Assembly: GCA_950022695.1 (NCBI GenBank)
Contig: CATLLN010000006.1
Location: forward strand, 12,216-76,215
Source: an uncultured bacterium
GTDB lineage: Bacteria > Cyanobacteriota > Vampirovibrionia > Gastranaerophilales > Gastranaerophilaceae
DNA length: 64,000 bases
Reading direction: 5' to 3'
Shown here: positions 38,703-46,996 of the stretch, piece by piece
Layout of the letters: each line of letters begins with the position of its first letter
Position numbering within the stretch: the stretch's first letter is position 1
The notes under the pieces: generated by a model
What the model saw: the letters and a program-made list of their open reading frames with translations, nothing else
Told to the model about the DNA's origin: nothing
Database searches by the model: none
Program-made: the position numbers and the translations under genes

Positions 38703-39112
38703 AATCTAATTAAATAATCTAGTAAAAATTTAATTAAATAATCTAATAAAATAATTATTATAATATATTTAGAATATGAAATTAGAAAAATCTTTTCTGA
38801 ATTTGTAACTTTTATATTTTCTACTAGATGATAACTATGTCTTAATAACAATATATTTAATACTAGTATTAAAAAATATATTATTATATCTAAGATTAAG
38901 ACCAAAATATATATTATTATGTTTATTATTGATAATATATTTTCACTGGACATTGTTGGCATTAAATCAAAATCCAATGATATACACCACACTAATATAA
39001 AAGAAACTATAAAAATCCAAAAAAATAAAAATAAAAGTGAAAATATAAAATATATTATTGCTAAAATCTCTTTCATATCTAATATTTTAAACTCGGGAGG
39101 TGATAATTTCAT
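38651..39112 (-). CDS. hypothetical multi-pass membrane protein (weak call)
   Basis: Very AT-rich ORF with 3-4 Ile/Leu/Phe-rich helices. Exact 15-nt direct repeat (38707-38721 / 38731-38745, 24-nt period, LLDYLIK/RF x2). No SD; 3' end overlaps the convergent gene. Confidence 0.3.
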   Translation of the reverse strand: MKLSPPEFKILDMKEILAIIYFIFSLLFLFFWIFIVSFILVWCISLDFDLMPTMSSENILSIINIIIYILVLILDIIIYFLILVLNILLLRHSYHLVENIKVTNSEKIFLISYSKYIIIIILLDYLIKFLLDYLIRFYHFSHIALGVLVTCNV

Positions 39113-39134
39113 CAGTCAAGTTTCTATTAATTAA

Positions 39135-39161
39135 GAAGTGCGCCGAATTCTTCGGCGCACT
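39135..39161 (-). terminator. GC-rich hairpin downstream of the GGDEF/HD-GYP gene
   Basis: AAGTGCGCCGAA / TTCGGCGCACTT 12-bp stem; weak U-tract. Confidence 0.55.
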
Positions 39162-39166
39162 TAACT

Positions 39167-41158
39167 TTATACATTTGTTGTTAGTGATGGTGCGATTGAA
39201 ATAAATTGTCTTACCAAATCCGCATCCCACTGGATTCCTGCACCTTCTTTTAAAATCGCACAAGCTTTTTCTATTGGCATACCTTTTCTATACGGTCTGT
39301 CACTAACAAGTGCATGGTATGCATCTGCAACTGATACAATACGTGCCGCAAGAGGAATTTGATTACCTTTCAACTGTTCAGGATAACCCTTTCCGTCCAA
39401 GCGCTCGTGGTGATATTTAACAATAGGAATTAAGTCTCTTAATGCTTCATTTGGCGCTAATACTTTCTCTGCACCAATTGTTGGGTGCTGTTTCATAATT
39501 TCCCATTCTTCATCATCAAGTTTACCCGGTTTTTTCAATACACTTTCCGGAATACCAATTTTACCAACATCGTGTAAAAGTGCACCAATTTTAATTCTTT
39601 CAACTTCATGTTCCGGAAGATTCACGGCACGAGCTAAAGCTTCCGCATATCTTGAAACTGAGGTTGAGTGACCTTTTGTATATGGATCTTTTGCATCAAT
39701 TGCACCAGCAAGTGATGTTACCATTTCCATTAAGTGATTGTGGTTGACAATTTCTTCTTGGTTAAATTTGTGTACAAGTTCTTCTTCAAAATTTATACCA
39801 ATTTGAGAGTGACGTTTTGCAAGAACTTCAGCAAATGAATTCAATGCAACATCATCCCAGAAATTAAAATCTGAAGAACTTATTATTGCAGACATACCTT
39901 CTTTATAACCCTTAGCCTGAGAAATAAACATAGCTTGCTCTGCTAAAATTAATAATTTTTCCTGATCAATTGTGCATTCAGGATATGTTGAAATTCCTAC
40001 AGATACTTTAATCGGACCAACATCATCCACAAAGCAGCAAGACAAACAATAAGTTATATATTCTGCAAGATATTTTGCATCTTTTGTATCTGTATCAGGC
40101 ATGATTACAGCAATCTCATCGCCGCCGTATCTTCCTGCATAGTCATTTGCACGAATATTTTGACTGATTTTATCCGCAATTGTCTTAATTACTTCATCAC
40201 CTTTAGCATGACCAAGTTCTCTGTTAATTTTAGAAATATTGTTTACATCAAACATTACAATAGACAATGACTTGTTATTATCTTTTGCTTTAACCAATTC
40301 ATTTGCAAGAATTTCTTGAAACCCTCTGTGATTATATAATGATGTTAAAGTATCAGTATTTGCATATTTATTTGTTTGCTCTTGCAATTGAACATTATGA
40401 ATAAACATTCCCATATAATTAGAGAAAAATGATACGAGGTTTGTATTTATATTCGAAATGCTTTGTCCAACAAGCATTACACCAATACATTTGTTTACTG
40501 ACATCATTGGTACAATAACTGAACTTGTCTTAACAAGATAAGGAATATTTAAATAATTTATATTATCTTTATCAATAGTAACTTTATTATTTAAACATTG
40601 AACAATCGGATTTTTTTCATCTGATAAAAAAACTTTTGATGAATAGGTATTTCCTGTTTGACTAAAAAGTTTCAAGTTTATACATTTTGATTTTTCATGC
40701 AATAAACCAAAACCTACAAAATTCCATTTTAATTGGTTTACAAAGATATTATTCAATCTTGCAAGCAAGTCAACCATACTTTTATGAGCAGAAAAAGCAT
40801 CTGAAATACTTCTCATTACATCAAAATAATTAATATTTGTATTAACTTTTTTCAAGTTAGATGCATAATTATCAGTATAAGATCTTGGCTTTGTTTTATT
40901 ATTATTAAAATTATTGATAGTTTCTACAATATTTGTAAGAGAATTTTCTTCAGGAACAGAAATCGGCTTAATAAGATTATCTAATTTCTTTTTAGTCTTA
41001 ACAAGTGTTTGAGTTTCCGAGGCAGGCTTATTCTTTGGAACAGAAATCATTTTCAAATCTTCTACAAGTGATTTGTTCTTCTTGATAGGATTTGAACTTA
41101 ATTCCTTTTTATCCTGCTTTTTAGCTTTATTTAATTCTTTATTTTCTAAATTTTCCAA
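39167..41158 (-). CDS. GAF-GGDEF-HD-GYP multidomain c-di-GMP signalling protein
   Basis: DTLTSLYNHRGF ... RYGGDEIAVIM (GGDEF), then HSTSVSRYA, LLHDVGKIGIP, HHERLDGKGYP (HD-GYP). Confidence 0.85.
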   Translation of the reverse strand: MENLENKELNKAKKQDKKELSSNPIKKNKSLVEDLKMISVPKNKPASETQTLVKTKKKLDNLIKPISVPEENSLTNIVETINNFNNNKTKPRSYTDNYASNLKKVNTNINYFDVMRSISDAFSAHKSMVDLLARLNNIFVNQLKWNFVGFGLLHEKSKCINLKLFSQTGNTYSSKVFLSDEKNPIVQCLNNKVTIDKDNINYLNIPYLVKTSSVIVPMMSVNKCIGVMLVGQSISNINTNLVSFFSNYMGMFIHNVQLQEQTNKYANTDTLTSLYNHRGFQEILANELVKAKDNNKSLSIVMFDVNNISKINRELGHAKGDEVIKTIADKISQNIRANDYAGRYGGDEIAVIMPDTDTKDAKYLAEYITYCLSCCFVDDVGPIKVSVGISTYPECTIDQEKLLILAEQAMFISQAKGYKEGMSAIISSSDFNFWDDVALNSFAEVLAKRHSQIGINFEEELVHKFNQEEIVNHNHLMEMVTSLAGAIDAKDPYTKGHSTSVSRYAEALARAVNLPEHEVERIKIGALLHDVGKIGIPESVLKKPGKLDDEEWEIMKQHPTIGAEKVLAPNEALRDLIPIVKYHHERLDGKGYPEQLKGNQIPLAARIVSVADAYHALVSDRPYRKGMPIEKACAILKEGAGIQWDADLVRQFISIAPSLTTNV

Positions 41159-41486
41159 CAGAATCTACCTACAATTTCCTTAATTAAGTTTCGTAATGAA
41201 TATTATTTGACTAAAAAATCATAATTATTTACATTACTAAACAATTTTACCTCATACTACATTAAAATCAATCCTGCAAACAGACGGAAAAACTTCTGTT
41301 TGAAAAAATCTAAATTTTAGATTTACACTTTCTACTACAATTATAGTATAAAGTATAATTGTTCATTTTGCTAGTGCGATAAGACTGAATGTAAATATAT
41401 GTTACAATTGTTATTAAAATCCTAAAGTTTTCAAAAAAGATTTCCGATATCTAATTTGTGATTAGAAAACTTTAAGGAGTGTATAA

Positions 41487-41696
41487 ATGTTGGACAAAAA
41501 GATTATGGATGTAGAAGATTTAATGGTAGATTATGCTGAAATGACAAGCTTTGATTTCGGCTCATTATCTAACGAAGAAATGGATACATTAAATAAAATT
41601 ACGCACAGCGAATATGCAAATAAACCTGTAGCGTTTAAATATGGAAATTTCAAATTGGTGGATTTTTTCCACTCATTATTGACCAATGAAGGTTAA
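41487..41696 (+). CDS. hypothetical small acidic protein
   Basis: 69-aa ORF with SD AAGGAG; no family recognised. Confidence 0.4.
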   Translation: MLDKKIMDVEDLMVDYAEMTSFDFGSLSNEEMDTLNKITHSEYANKPVAFKYGNFKLVDFFHSLLTNEG

Positions 41697-41708
41697 TAGC
41701 TGAAGATT

Positions 41709-41948
41709 TTGGAGATATGTTGTATGAATGATAAGAAATTGTTTGAATCAGGATGTTTTTCACCGGAATGGGCAACAGATATGGAACAAAGTCCTATATC
41801 AACATTCTATACACGTCAAAACAAAGACCTGCAAACACTTTTAAATGAATTAGACGAAATAAAAGACCGGATACAAGAAATTCAAGCCAAACAATGGCAT
41901 CTGGCTAAACTAATTAATTTCCACGAAAATGAATTAGTCAGAGAATAA
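41709..41948 (+). CDS. hypothetical small protein
   Basis: 79-aa ORF following the previous one; predicted helical C-terminus. Confidence 0.4.
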   Translation: MEICCMNDKKLFESGCFSPEWATDMEQSPISTFYTRQNKDLQTLLNELDEIKDRIQEIQAKQWHLAKLINFHENELVRE

Positions 41949-41977
41949 CGACTACCAGACAGACACATACATAATAA

Positions 41978-42009
41978 AAAGCCATAAAAATATTTATGGC
42001 TCTTTTTTT
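41978..42009. terminator. bidirectional rho-independent terminator
   Basis: GCCATAAA-aata-TTTATGGC with A-run upstream and TCTTTTTTT downstream. Confidence 0.7.
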
Positions 42010-42032
42010 GCATATTGTACAATTCGAGGTTG

Positions 42033-42275
42033 CTAAGCTGTCTTTAGCTTTTTATCGGGTTCTCCGATTGTTTGAAGTAATGTGTCGATTACTTTAGGCA
42101 TTTGACAAATGAAAGAATAGTGTCCGTTTCTCAATGAACACTTTTTACAGTCACAATTTATGGAATAGCATTCAATAGCTTGTTCTGTCCAATTTTGTGT
42201 AATAGAATCAGACATTTCATCGTTACCGGGCATGTACATATCAACCATTTCATTTATCATACCGCCTCTTTCCAA
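42033..42275 (-). CDS. hypothetical Cys-rich small protein
   Basis: 80-aa ORF with CYSINCDCKKCSLRNGHYSFIC cluster. ATG at 42260 is probably the true start. Confidence 0.4.
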   Translation of the reverse strand: MERGGMINEMVDMYMPGNDEMSDSITQNWTEQAIECYSINCDCKKCSLRNGHYSFICQMPKVIDTLLQTIGEPDKKLKTA

Positions 42276-42480
42276 AATTCTTAAAACCTACCCAATATGA
42301 TTTTAAATGATTATAACACTATTTCAATCCTCTGTTTAATGGATTTTAATAACTGTGCAACTCACTTAACAGCTATTTCAATTTGCATAGCTCTTATTTT
42401 TAATCTAAAATGTGCGTAAATAGTTTTTTAACTTACAAAAATAAATACAAATATTCTATATAATAAAAAAATATAATAAA

Positions 42481-42556
42481 AGTTATCCAACCGAAAAGGG
42501 CTCACTGGAATACTCCAACCCAAATTCATTCTCGCTTAGCGATATTTGGATAACTA
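42481..42556 (+). ncRNA. candidate structured 5' leader/small RNA upstream of the Abi-like gene
   Basis: AGTTATCCAA (42481-42490) and TTGGATAACT (42547-42556) form a perfect 10-bp closing stem around a GC-richer 56-nt core containing a TCGC-tta-GCGA hairpin. TATAAT at 42472-42477 would place a TSS at the stem base. Confidence 0.3.
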
Positions 42557-42614
42557 TTATTATTATTACCGATTTATAGTACAATGTCAAGTGTAATAGG
42601 AGAATTTAATAGAT

Positions 42615-43397
42615 ATGAATGAATATACATTAACAGAGTTTTCAATATTCTATAAAAGATTAATGGTTGTTGAAAATTGCTTGAAAACTTTAATTATTAC
42701 TCAATATACAACTGTTTTTGGAGATAATGCTTACAATATTTTATACAGATATTTCCATACATTAGATGTTCAACGTAAATTAAAAGAACAGATTTTTAAA
42801 AACATATATTTATCCAAAAAAGATAATAATGAAAAACTTATTATGTCAGTCAACAAAATGTATTTAGGTGAAATCCTAAATATTTTTGCAAATCCAGTAT
42901 ATTTAAAAAACAAAAAAGTTGCTAATATATTTTTCCCAATTCCAACAGAAACAAATAACTCTAATTTTCAACAAAAACAAAAAGCATTAAAAGATTTTAG
43001 GAATTGTATTGCTCATGGCAATGAGAAAAAATATTATTTAGAAAGAACTCGAATGATAAAAGGTTTAGTATTTTTTGAAAAAATATTACAATGTGGAACA
43101 GTTTTTACATTTGATGTATTAGATAAAATCTCAAGTTACAGAAAATTATCTGTTATTGAAATATTGGCAATAATTTATGATATTAATAAATCATATTTTA
43201 AAGATGATAAAATGTTAATAATACTTTTTGATGACATTGCATTAATAAATGGTTATATATTTAAAAGTCTACCTCAAAGATGGACAATAATAAGACGTAA
43301 ATTTGAAATGGAAAAACAAATAAAAGAGAATAATATTAAAATTACGAATGTTTTAAAAGAAAATAATCAAATGCGTTTAAATTTTAATAACTATTAA
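42615..43397 (+). CDS. Abi_2 (AbiD/AbiF)-like / HEPN-domain abortive-infection-type protein
   Basis: LGEILNIF ... LKDFRNCIAHGN matches the Abi_2/HEPN R-x4-H core (RN.[IC]AH). Confidence 0.6.
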   Translation: MNEYTLTEFSIFYKRLMVVENCLKTLIITQYTTVFGDNAYNILYRYFHTLDVQRKLKEQIFKNIYLSKKDNNEKLIMSVNKMYLGEILNIFANPVYLKNKKVANIFFPIPTETNNSNFQQKQKALKDFRNCIAHGNEKKYYLERTRMIKGLVFFEKILQCGTVFTFDVLDKISSYRKLSVIEILAIIYDINKSYFKDDKMLIILFDDIALINGYIFKSLPQRWTIIRRKFEMEKQIKENNIKITNVLKENNQMRLNFNNY

Positions 43398-43629
43398 TGC
43401 ATTTTGTCATGGATTTACTTTCGAGAATTTGTAATTATAAAAAATAAAATATAAAATTATTTTTGAAGATAAACCTTGTTCTTATGAAGAATGTGTAATT
43501 TTGTATAAACAATTATTTTTAGAAATATTAAAAGCTGATGGATTTGAAACAAAAGAAATGATTGAAAAGAACTGTTAGAGAGACGTTTCCTCCCGATTCT
43601 TTTAAGGGGATAAGTGGACTCGAAATTTA

Positions 43630-43800
43630 TTAAATATGAGACCGCAGTGAACTGTCTTGCTCGTTTGCATTTAACAGGTCTACGGACTTTCTTTTCACAA
43701 GCTTTGCTTGCTCCAAAGAAAGCTCCTCCGCCCTCAGTTCACTCGCGTTCGAACCAAGACAAACCTCTCGGTTTGTGTGGTTCTCGTTCACTGATTTCAA
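43630..43800 (-). ncRNA. candidate structured RNA of unknown class (strand uncertain)
   Basis: GC content far above the flanks. Hairpin GAACCA-CACAAACC-GAGA-GGTTTGT-CT-TGGTTC (43751-43783). AGTGAACTG (43646-43654) can pair with CAGTTCACT (43735-43743) or the overlapping CAGTGAAC (43645-43652) with GTTCACTG (43786-43793). Nested CAAGC-aaa-GCTTG hairpin. Confidence 0.3.
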
Positions 43801-43805
43801 TGCAA

Positions 43806-43840
43806 TATAAAAAAGAGGTTAAGGAAAACCTTACCTCTCT
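43806..43840 (-). terminator. rho-independent terminator after tRNA-Ile
   Basis: Minus strand AGAGGTAAGG-tttt-CCTTAACCTCT followed by TTTTTTAT. Confidence 0.65.
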
Positions 43841-43846
43841 TTTACA

Positions 43847-43920
<74 letters not shown>

Positions 43921-44010
43921 GTATTTTCAACGTGGAAATCTTACTTCCCTTTCGCATGAACAAATGTACTATAAACATTTTTTAAAATCAAGTGTTTTTA
44001 TTAAATTCAC

Positions 44011-44046
44011 TAAAAAAGACTGCCAAAATTTCTCCTGACAGTCTCT
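44011..44046 (-). terminator. rho-independent terminator of 44070-44498
   Basis: AGACTG/CAGTCT stem with TTTTTT on the minus strand. Confidence 0.5.
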
Positions 44047-44069
44047 TCCTTCCTTTAAATAAGTCTTTA

Positions 44070-44498
44070 CTAGATGTTCATATTACGTTGAAAATTCTTT
44101 CTGATTTTCTTTTTTGCATTATCTAAGTTTTTAATTTTCTTTTCTGCATATTTAATTTGTTTTTTTGCTGCTTTTCTTTCTGTTTTTACAGTGTTATAAC
44201 GAGCATCAATTTCTGCATAGCTATTTTTGTAATTTAATAGTTTATTTCTAATTTCTACTTGTGCATTATCTATCTGTAAAATTGAATTTTGCATTTTAGA
44301 GCCTGCTACAACCTGACTTGCATCTAATAAATCTGTTCCTTTAGCATCAACTGATGTTGAAGTTGTACTTACTGCCGGTTTTACTGATGTGTTATCATCA
44401 AAATTCAACGGAGTAAATTTTGTTTCTGCCATAACTACAGAACCGCTTGCAATAATCAAGCCCAGTGTTAAAACTATAAGTTTAGATATTTTTTTCAT
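44070..44498 (-). CDS. secreted coiled-coil protein, hypothetical
   Basis: Signal peptide, Lys-rich helical C-terminus; SD GGAGGTG. Confidence 0.5.
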   Translation of the reverse strand: MKKISKLIVLTLGLIIASGSVVMAETKFTPLNFDDNTSVKPAVSTTSTSVDAKGTDLLDASQVVAGSKMQNSILQIDNAQVEIRNKLLNYKNSYAEIDARYNTVKTERKAAKKQIKYAEKKIKNLDNAKKKIRKNFQRNMNI

Positions 44499-44639
44499 TT
44501 ATACACCTCCATTACCTTTGTCAATTTATAATTTTATTTTAATTTATTTTTTTAGGAAGAAAAAGAAATTTACATAATTTAATAGTCCTTTAAAGATTAG
44601 ATTTTGTGCTATTATTTTTATTAAATAGGACTTGGGAAG

Positions 44640-46994
44640 ATGAAAAAAGATTGGATTTTAGAAAGCACGGGCTCAAATGAAAAGTCGTTAATTAAAAGAC
44701 TTTTAATATCACGCGGAATTAAAACAGATGAAGAAATAAAAGAATTTCTTAATCCGCTTGAAATGACAATAACATCGCCGGATGTTTTTACTGACATGCA
44801 AAAGACAATCGAGCGTCTTTCACGTGCTATTGAAAACAATGAAACCATTATCATTTATGGCGATTTTGATGCTGACGGTGTAACTTCTACTTCTGTTCTA
44901 TACAAAACTTTGAAATTTTTAGGTGCAAATGTTCATTATTTTATTCCGGACAGGGAAAATGAAGGTCATGGATTTGACAAAAAAGCTTTAATTAAACTTA
45001 TGACAACAGTAAAACCTAAAGTTATAATTTCTGTTGACTGCGGGATTTCAGATGTCGATGCAGTAAAATTTATAAATAGTTTTAAAATTATTGATGTAAT
45101 AATCACTGACCATCACGAAGCACCGGAAATTTTACCTGATGCTTATGCGATTATTAACCCTAAATCGCCAGGAGCACTGGATGAAAACTTAACAGCAAAA
45201 CAAATTGAACATCTTACATATCTTGCAGGGTGCGGTGTTGCTTTTAAAGTTGCTCAGGCTCTTTTAACAAAATACGGCAAAGTCGAATTTGTTTATGAAA
45301 TTCTACCGTTTGTTGCTGTTGGAACAGTAGCTGACGTTGTGCCGCTTCTAGGTGAAAACAGATATTTTGTTACAAAAGGATTAGAACTTATCTCAAGAGG
45401 TAAACATAACGGACTTAAAAGGCTTTTAGAAAGTGCCGGATATGATATTACAAAAGGTGTTACATCCGAAAACATTGCTTTTGGAATTGCACCAAGAATC
45501 AATGCTTCCGGTCGTCTTGACACAGTTGACGCAGCTTTAAAAGTTTTGATTTCTGAAAATCCTCAAGAAGTCGAAATGGCTGTAACAACATTAAATGAAT
45601 TAAATAAAGTTCGACAAACACTATGTGCAGAAGTTTTTGAACAGGCAGATAAAATGGTTCAAAAAGAAGGTAATAAAAACTCTGCAATTGTTTTATTTAG
45701 TGAAGCATGGCATATCGGAATTATAGGAATTGTAGCTTCAAAGCTTGTTGAAAAATACTACAAACCTGTATTTTTGATGTCTTATGTTAAAGAAAAAGAT
45801 CAGTACAGATGTTCTGCAAGAAGTATTGAGGGTGTACCTTTATATGATGTAATTGCTGCTAATTCTGACCTTTTTGACGGTTTTGGCGGACATAAACTTG
45901 CTGCAGGATTAAGTTTTACAGGCGAAAAAACACCATTTGAAATAGTTAAAAAAGCTCTGAATGAAACTGTTAGAGAATATACTTCAACAAAAGAACTCAA
46001 ACCTTTTATAAAAATTGATTTAATAGTTGACCCAAAAGATGTTACAACTGATTTGGTTGAAGAAATTTCACAGCTTGAACCGTTCGGAGCATCAAACCCT
46101 AGTCCTGTTTTTGCAATAAATAACCTAAAAGTCACACAAAAAAGACTTATGGGTTCTGATAATTCGCATTTAAGACTGAATGTAACTTCCGGTGCTGATG
46201 AATTTACGGCAATCTGGTGGAAACGGGGAGATGCTGGATTAAGTTCCGGAGATAGTCTTGATATAGCTTTTCACCCGCAAATAAATGAATTTAACGGCAA
46301 CGTTTCAGTACAATTAATTATTGATGATGTACATTCTGATGCGTTAAAAGAAGAAGAAATTACACCTCAAAGTACCTATAAAATCTATGATAATCGTACA
46401 AAAACAGGGATTTTACCTAATGTAAATGATTACATCAAAAATTCAAAATTGAACATAAAAGTTTTTGCAGAAAGTAAGTATATTTTAGATACCATAAAAT
46501 CTTACCCTGAAATAACCTCAAAAACCTTTACCAGACAGGATATTCCGACTTGTGATGTTGTAATGTTTTTTGATTATCCTGCTGATAAACAAACTCTTGA
46601 TTTAATCTTAGACAAAGCACAACCAAAAGGGGTTCATTTTATGAACTATGAGCCGAAAATCCTTGATGAACAGGAGTTTTTGAAGATTTTTACAGGAATG
46701 TTGAAGTTTGCTGCACACAACAATAGTGGAAAAGTTGAATTGGTACGCTGTGCAAGCTTTTTAGGCAAATCTTTAAAAATATTTGAAATGCTTTTAGCGC
46801 TTTATGAAGAAGTCGGATTTATAAAAATTCTTGAGAAAAATTCTGCATTCTATCTGATAGAATTTATAGGTGTGGATGACATTTCAAAAGTTCTTCACTG
46901 TGAAAAATACTCACAAATTTTTGAACTTATAATTGAATGCGAACAATTCCAAAAAAGCCTATTGGAAGACGATTTAGCTGCAATTTTAGTTTAA
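44640..46994 (+). CDS. recJ: single-stranded-DNA-specific exonuclease RecJ (long form)
   Basis: DHH-family motifs IYGDFDADGVTS, VDCGIS, ITDHHE; DHHA1 GGHKLAAG. Confidence 0.9.
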   Translation: MKKDWILESTGSNEKSLIKRLLISRGIKTDEEIKEFLNPLEMTITSPDVFTDMQKTIERLSRAIENNETIIIYGDFDADGVTSTSVLYKTLKFLGANVHYFIPDRENEGHGFDKKALIKLMTTVKPKVIISVDCGISDVDAVKFINSFKIIDVIITDHHEAPEILPDAYAIINPKSPGALDENLTAKQIEHLTYLAGCGVAFKVAQALLTKYGKVEFVYEILPFVAVGTVADVVPLLGENRYFVTKGLELISRGKHNGLKRLLESAGYDITKGVTSENIAFGIAPRINASGRLDTVDAALKVLISENPQEVEMAVTTLNELNKVRQTLCAEVFEQADKMVQKEGNKNSAIVLFSEAWHIGIIGIVASKLVEKYYKPVFLMSYVKEKDQYRCSARSIEGVPLYDVIAANSDLFDGFGGHKLAAGLSFTGEKTPFEIVKKALNETVREYTSTKELKPFIKIDLIVDPKDVTTDLVEEISQLEPFGASNPSPVFAINNLKVTQKRLMGSDNSHLRLNVTSGADEFTAIWWKRGDAGLSSGDSLDIAFHPQINEFNGNVSVQLIIDDVHSDALKEEEITPQSTYKIYDNRTKTGILPNVNDYIKNSKLNIKVFAESKYILDTIKSYPEITSKTFTRQDIPTCDVVMFFDYPADKQTLDLILDKAQPKGVHFMNYEPKILDEQEFLKIFTGMLKFAAHNNSGKVELVRCASFLGKSLKIFEMLLALYEEVGFIKILEKNSAFYLIEFIGVDDISKVLHCEKYSQIFELIIECEQFQKSLLEDDLAAILV

Positions 46995-46996
46995 AC

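Noticed and set aside
38919-39134. Plus-strand 71-aa ORF in the extreme AT-rich tract
   Set aside because: It has low-complexity K/N/I composition and no SD, and it overlaps the (itself weak) minus-strand membrane ORF.
43432-43578. Open frame encoding ...KIIFEDKPCSYEECVILYKQLFLEILKADGFETKEMIEKNC*
   Set aside because: There is no ATG/GTG/TTG start in frame after the preceding stop, so it is at most a gene remnant.
43690-43730. RNase P RNA-like strings (GGGCGGAGG and GAAAGTCCG on the minus strand)
   Set aside because: Only ~190 nt of structured sequence is available. There is no P4 3' strand (ACAGAA..GGCTTA-like) and no P15/P18 equivalents, so the short matches are likely coincidental.
43600-43800. 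Possible tmRNA (ssrA). The minus strand reads GCA AAC GAG CAA GAC AGT TCA CTG CGG TCT CAT ATT TAA TAA (an ANEQ... tag-like frame with a double stop), followed by a TTCGAGTCCAC T-loop-like string.
   Set aside because: There is no 5' GGGG acceptor strand to pair with the putative 3' end. The T-stem arms are not complementary, no pseudoknots are evident, and the tag lacks the usual hydrophobic ..AA end. The region is about half the size of a normal tmRNA.
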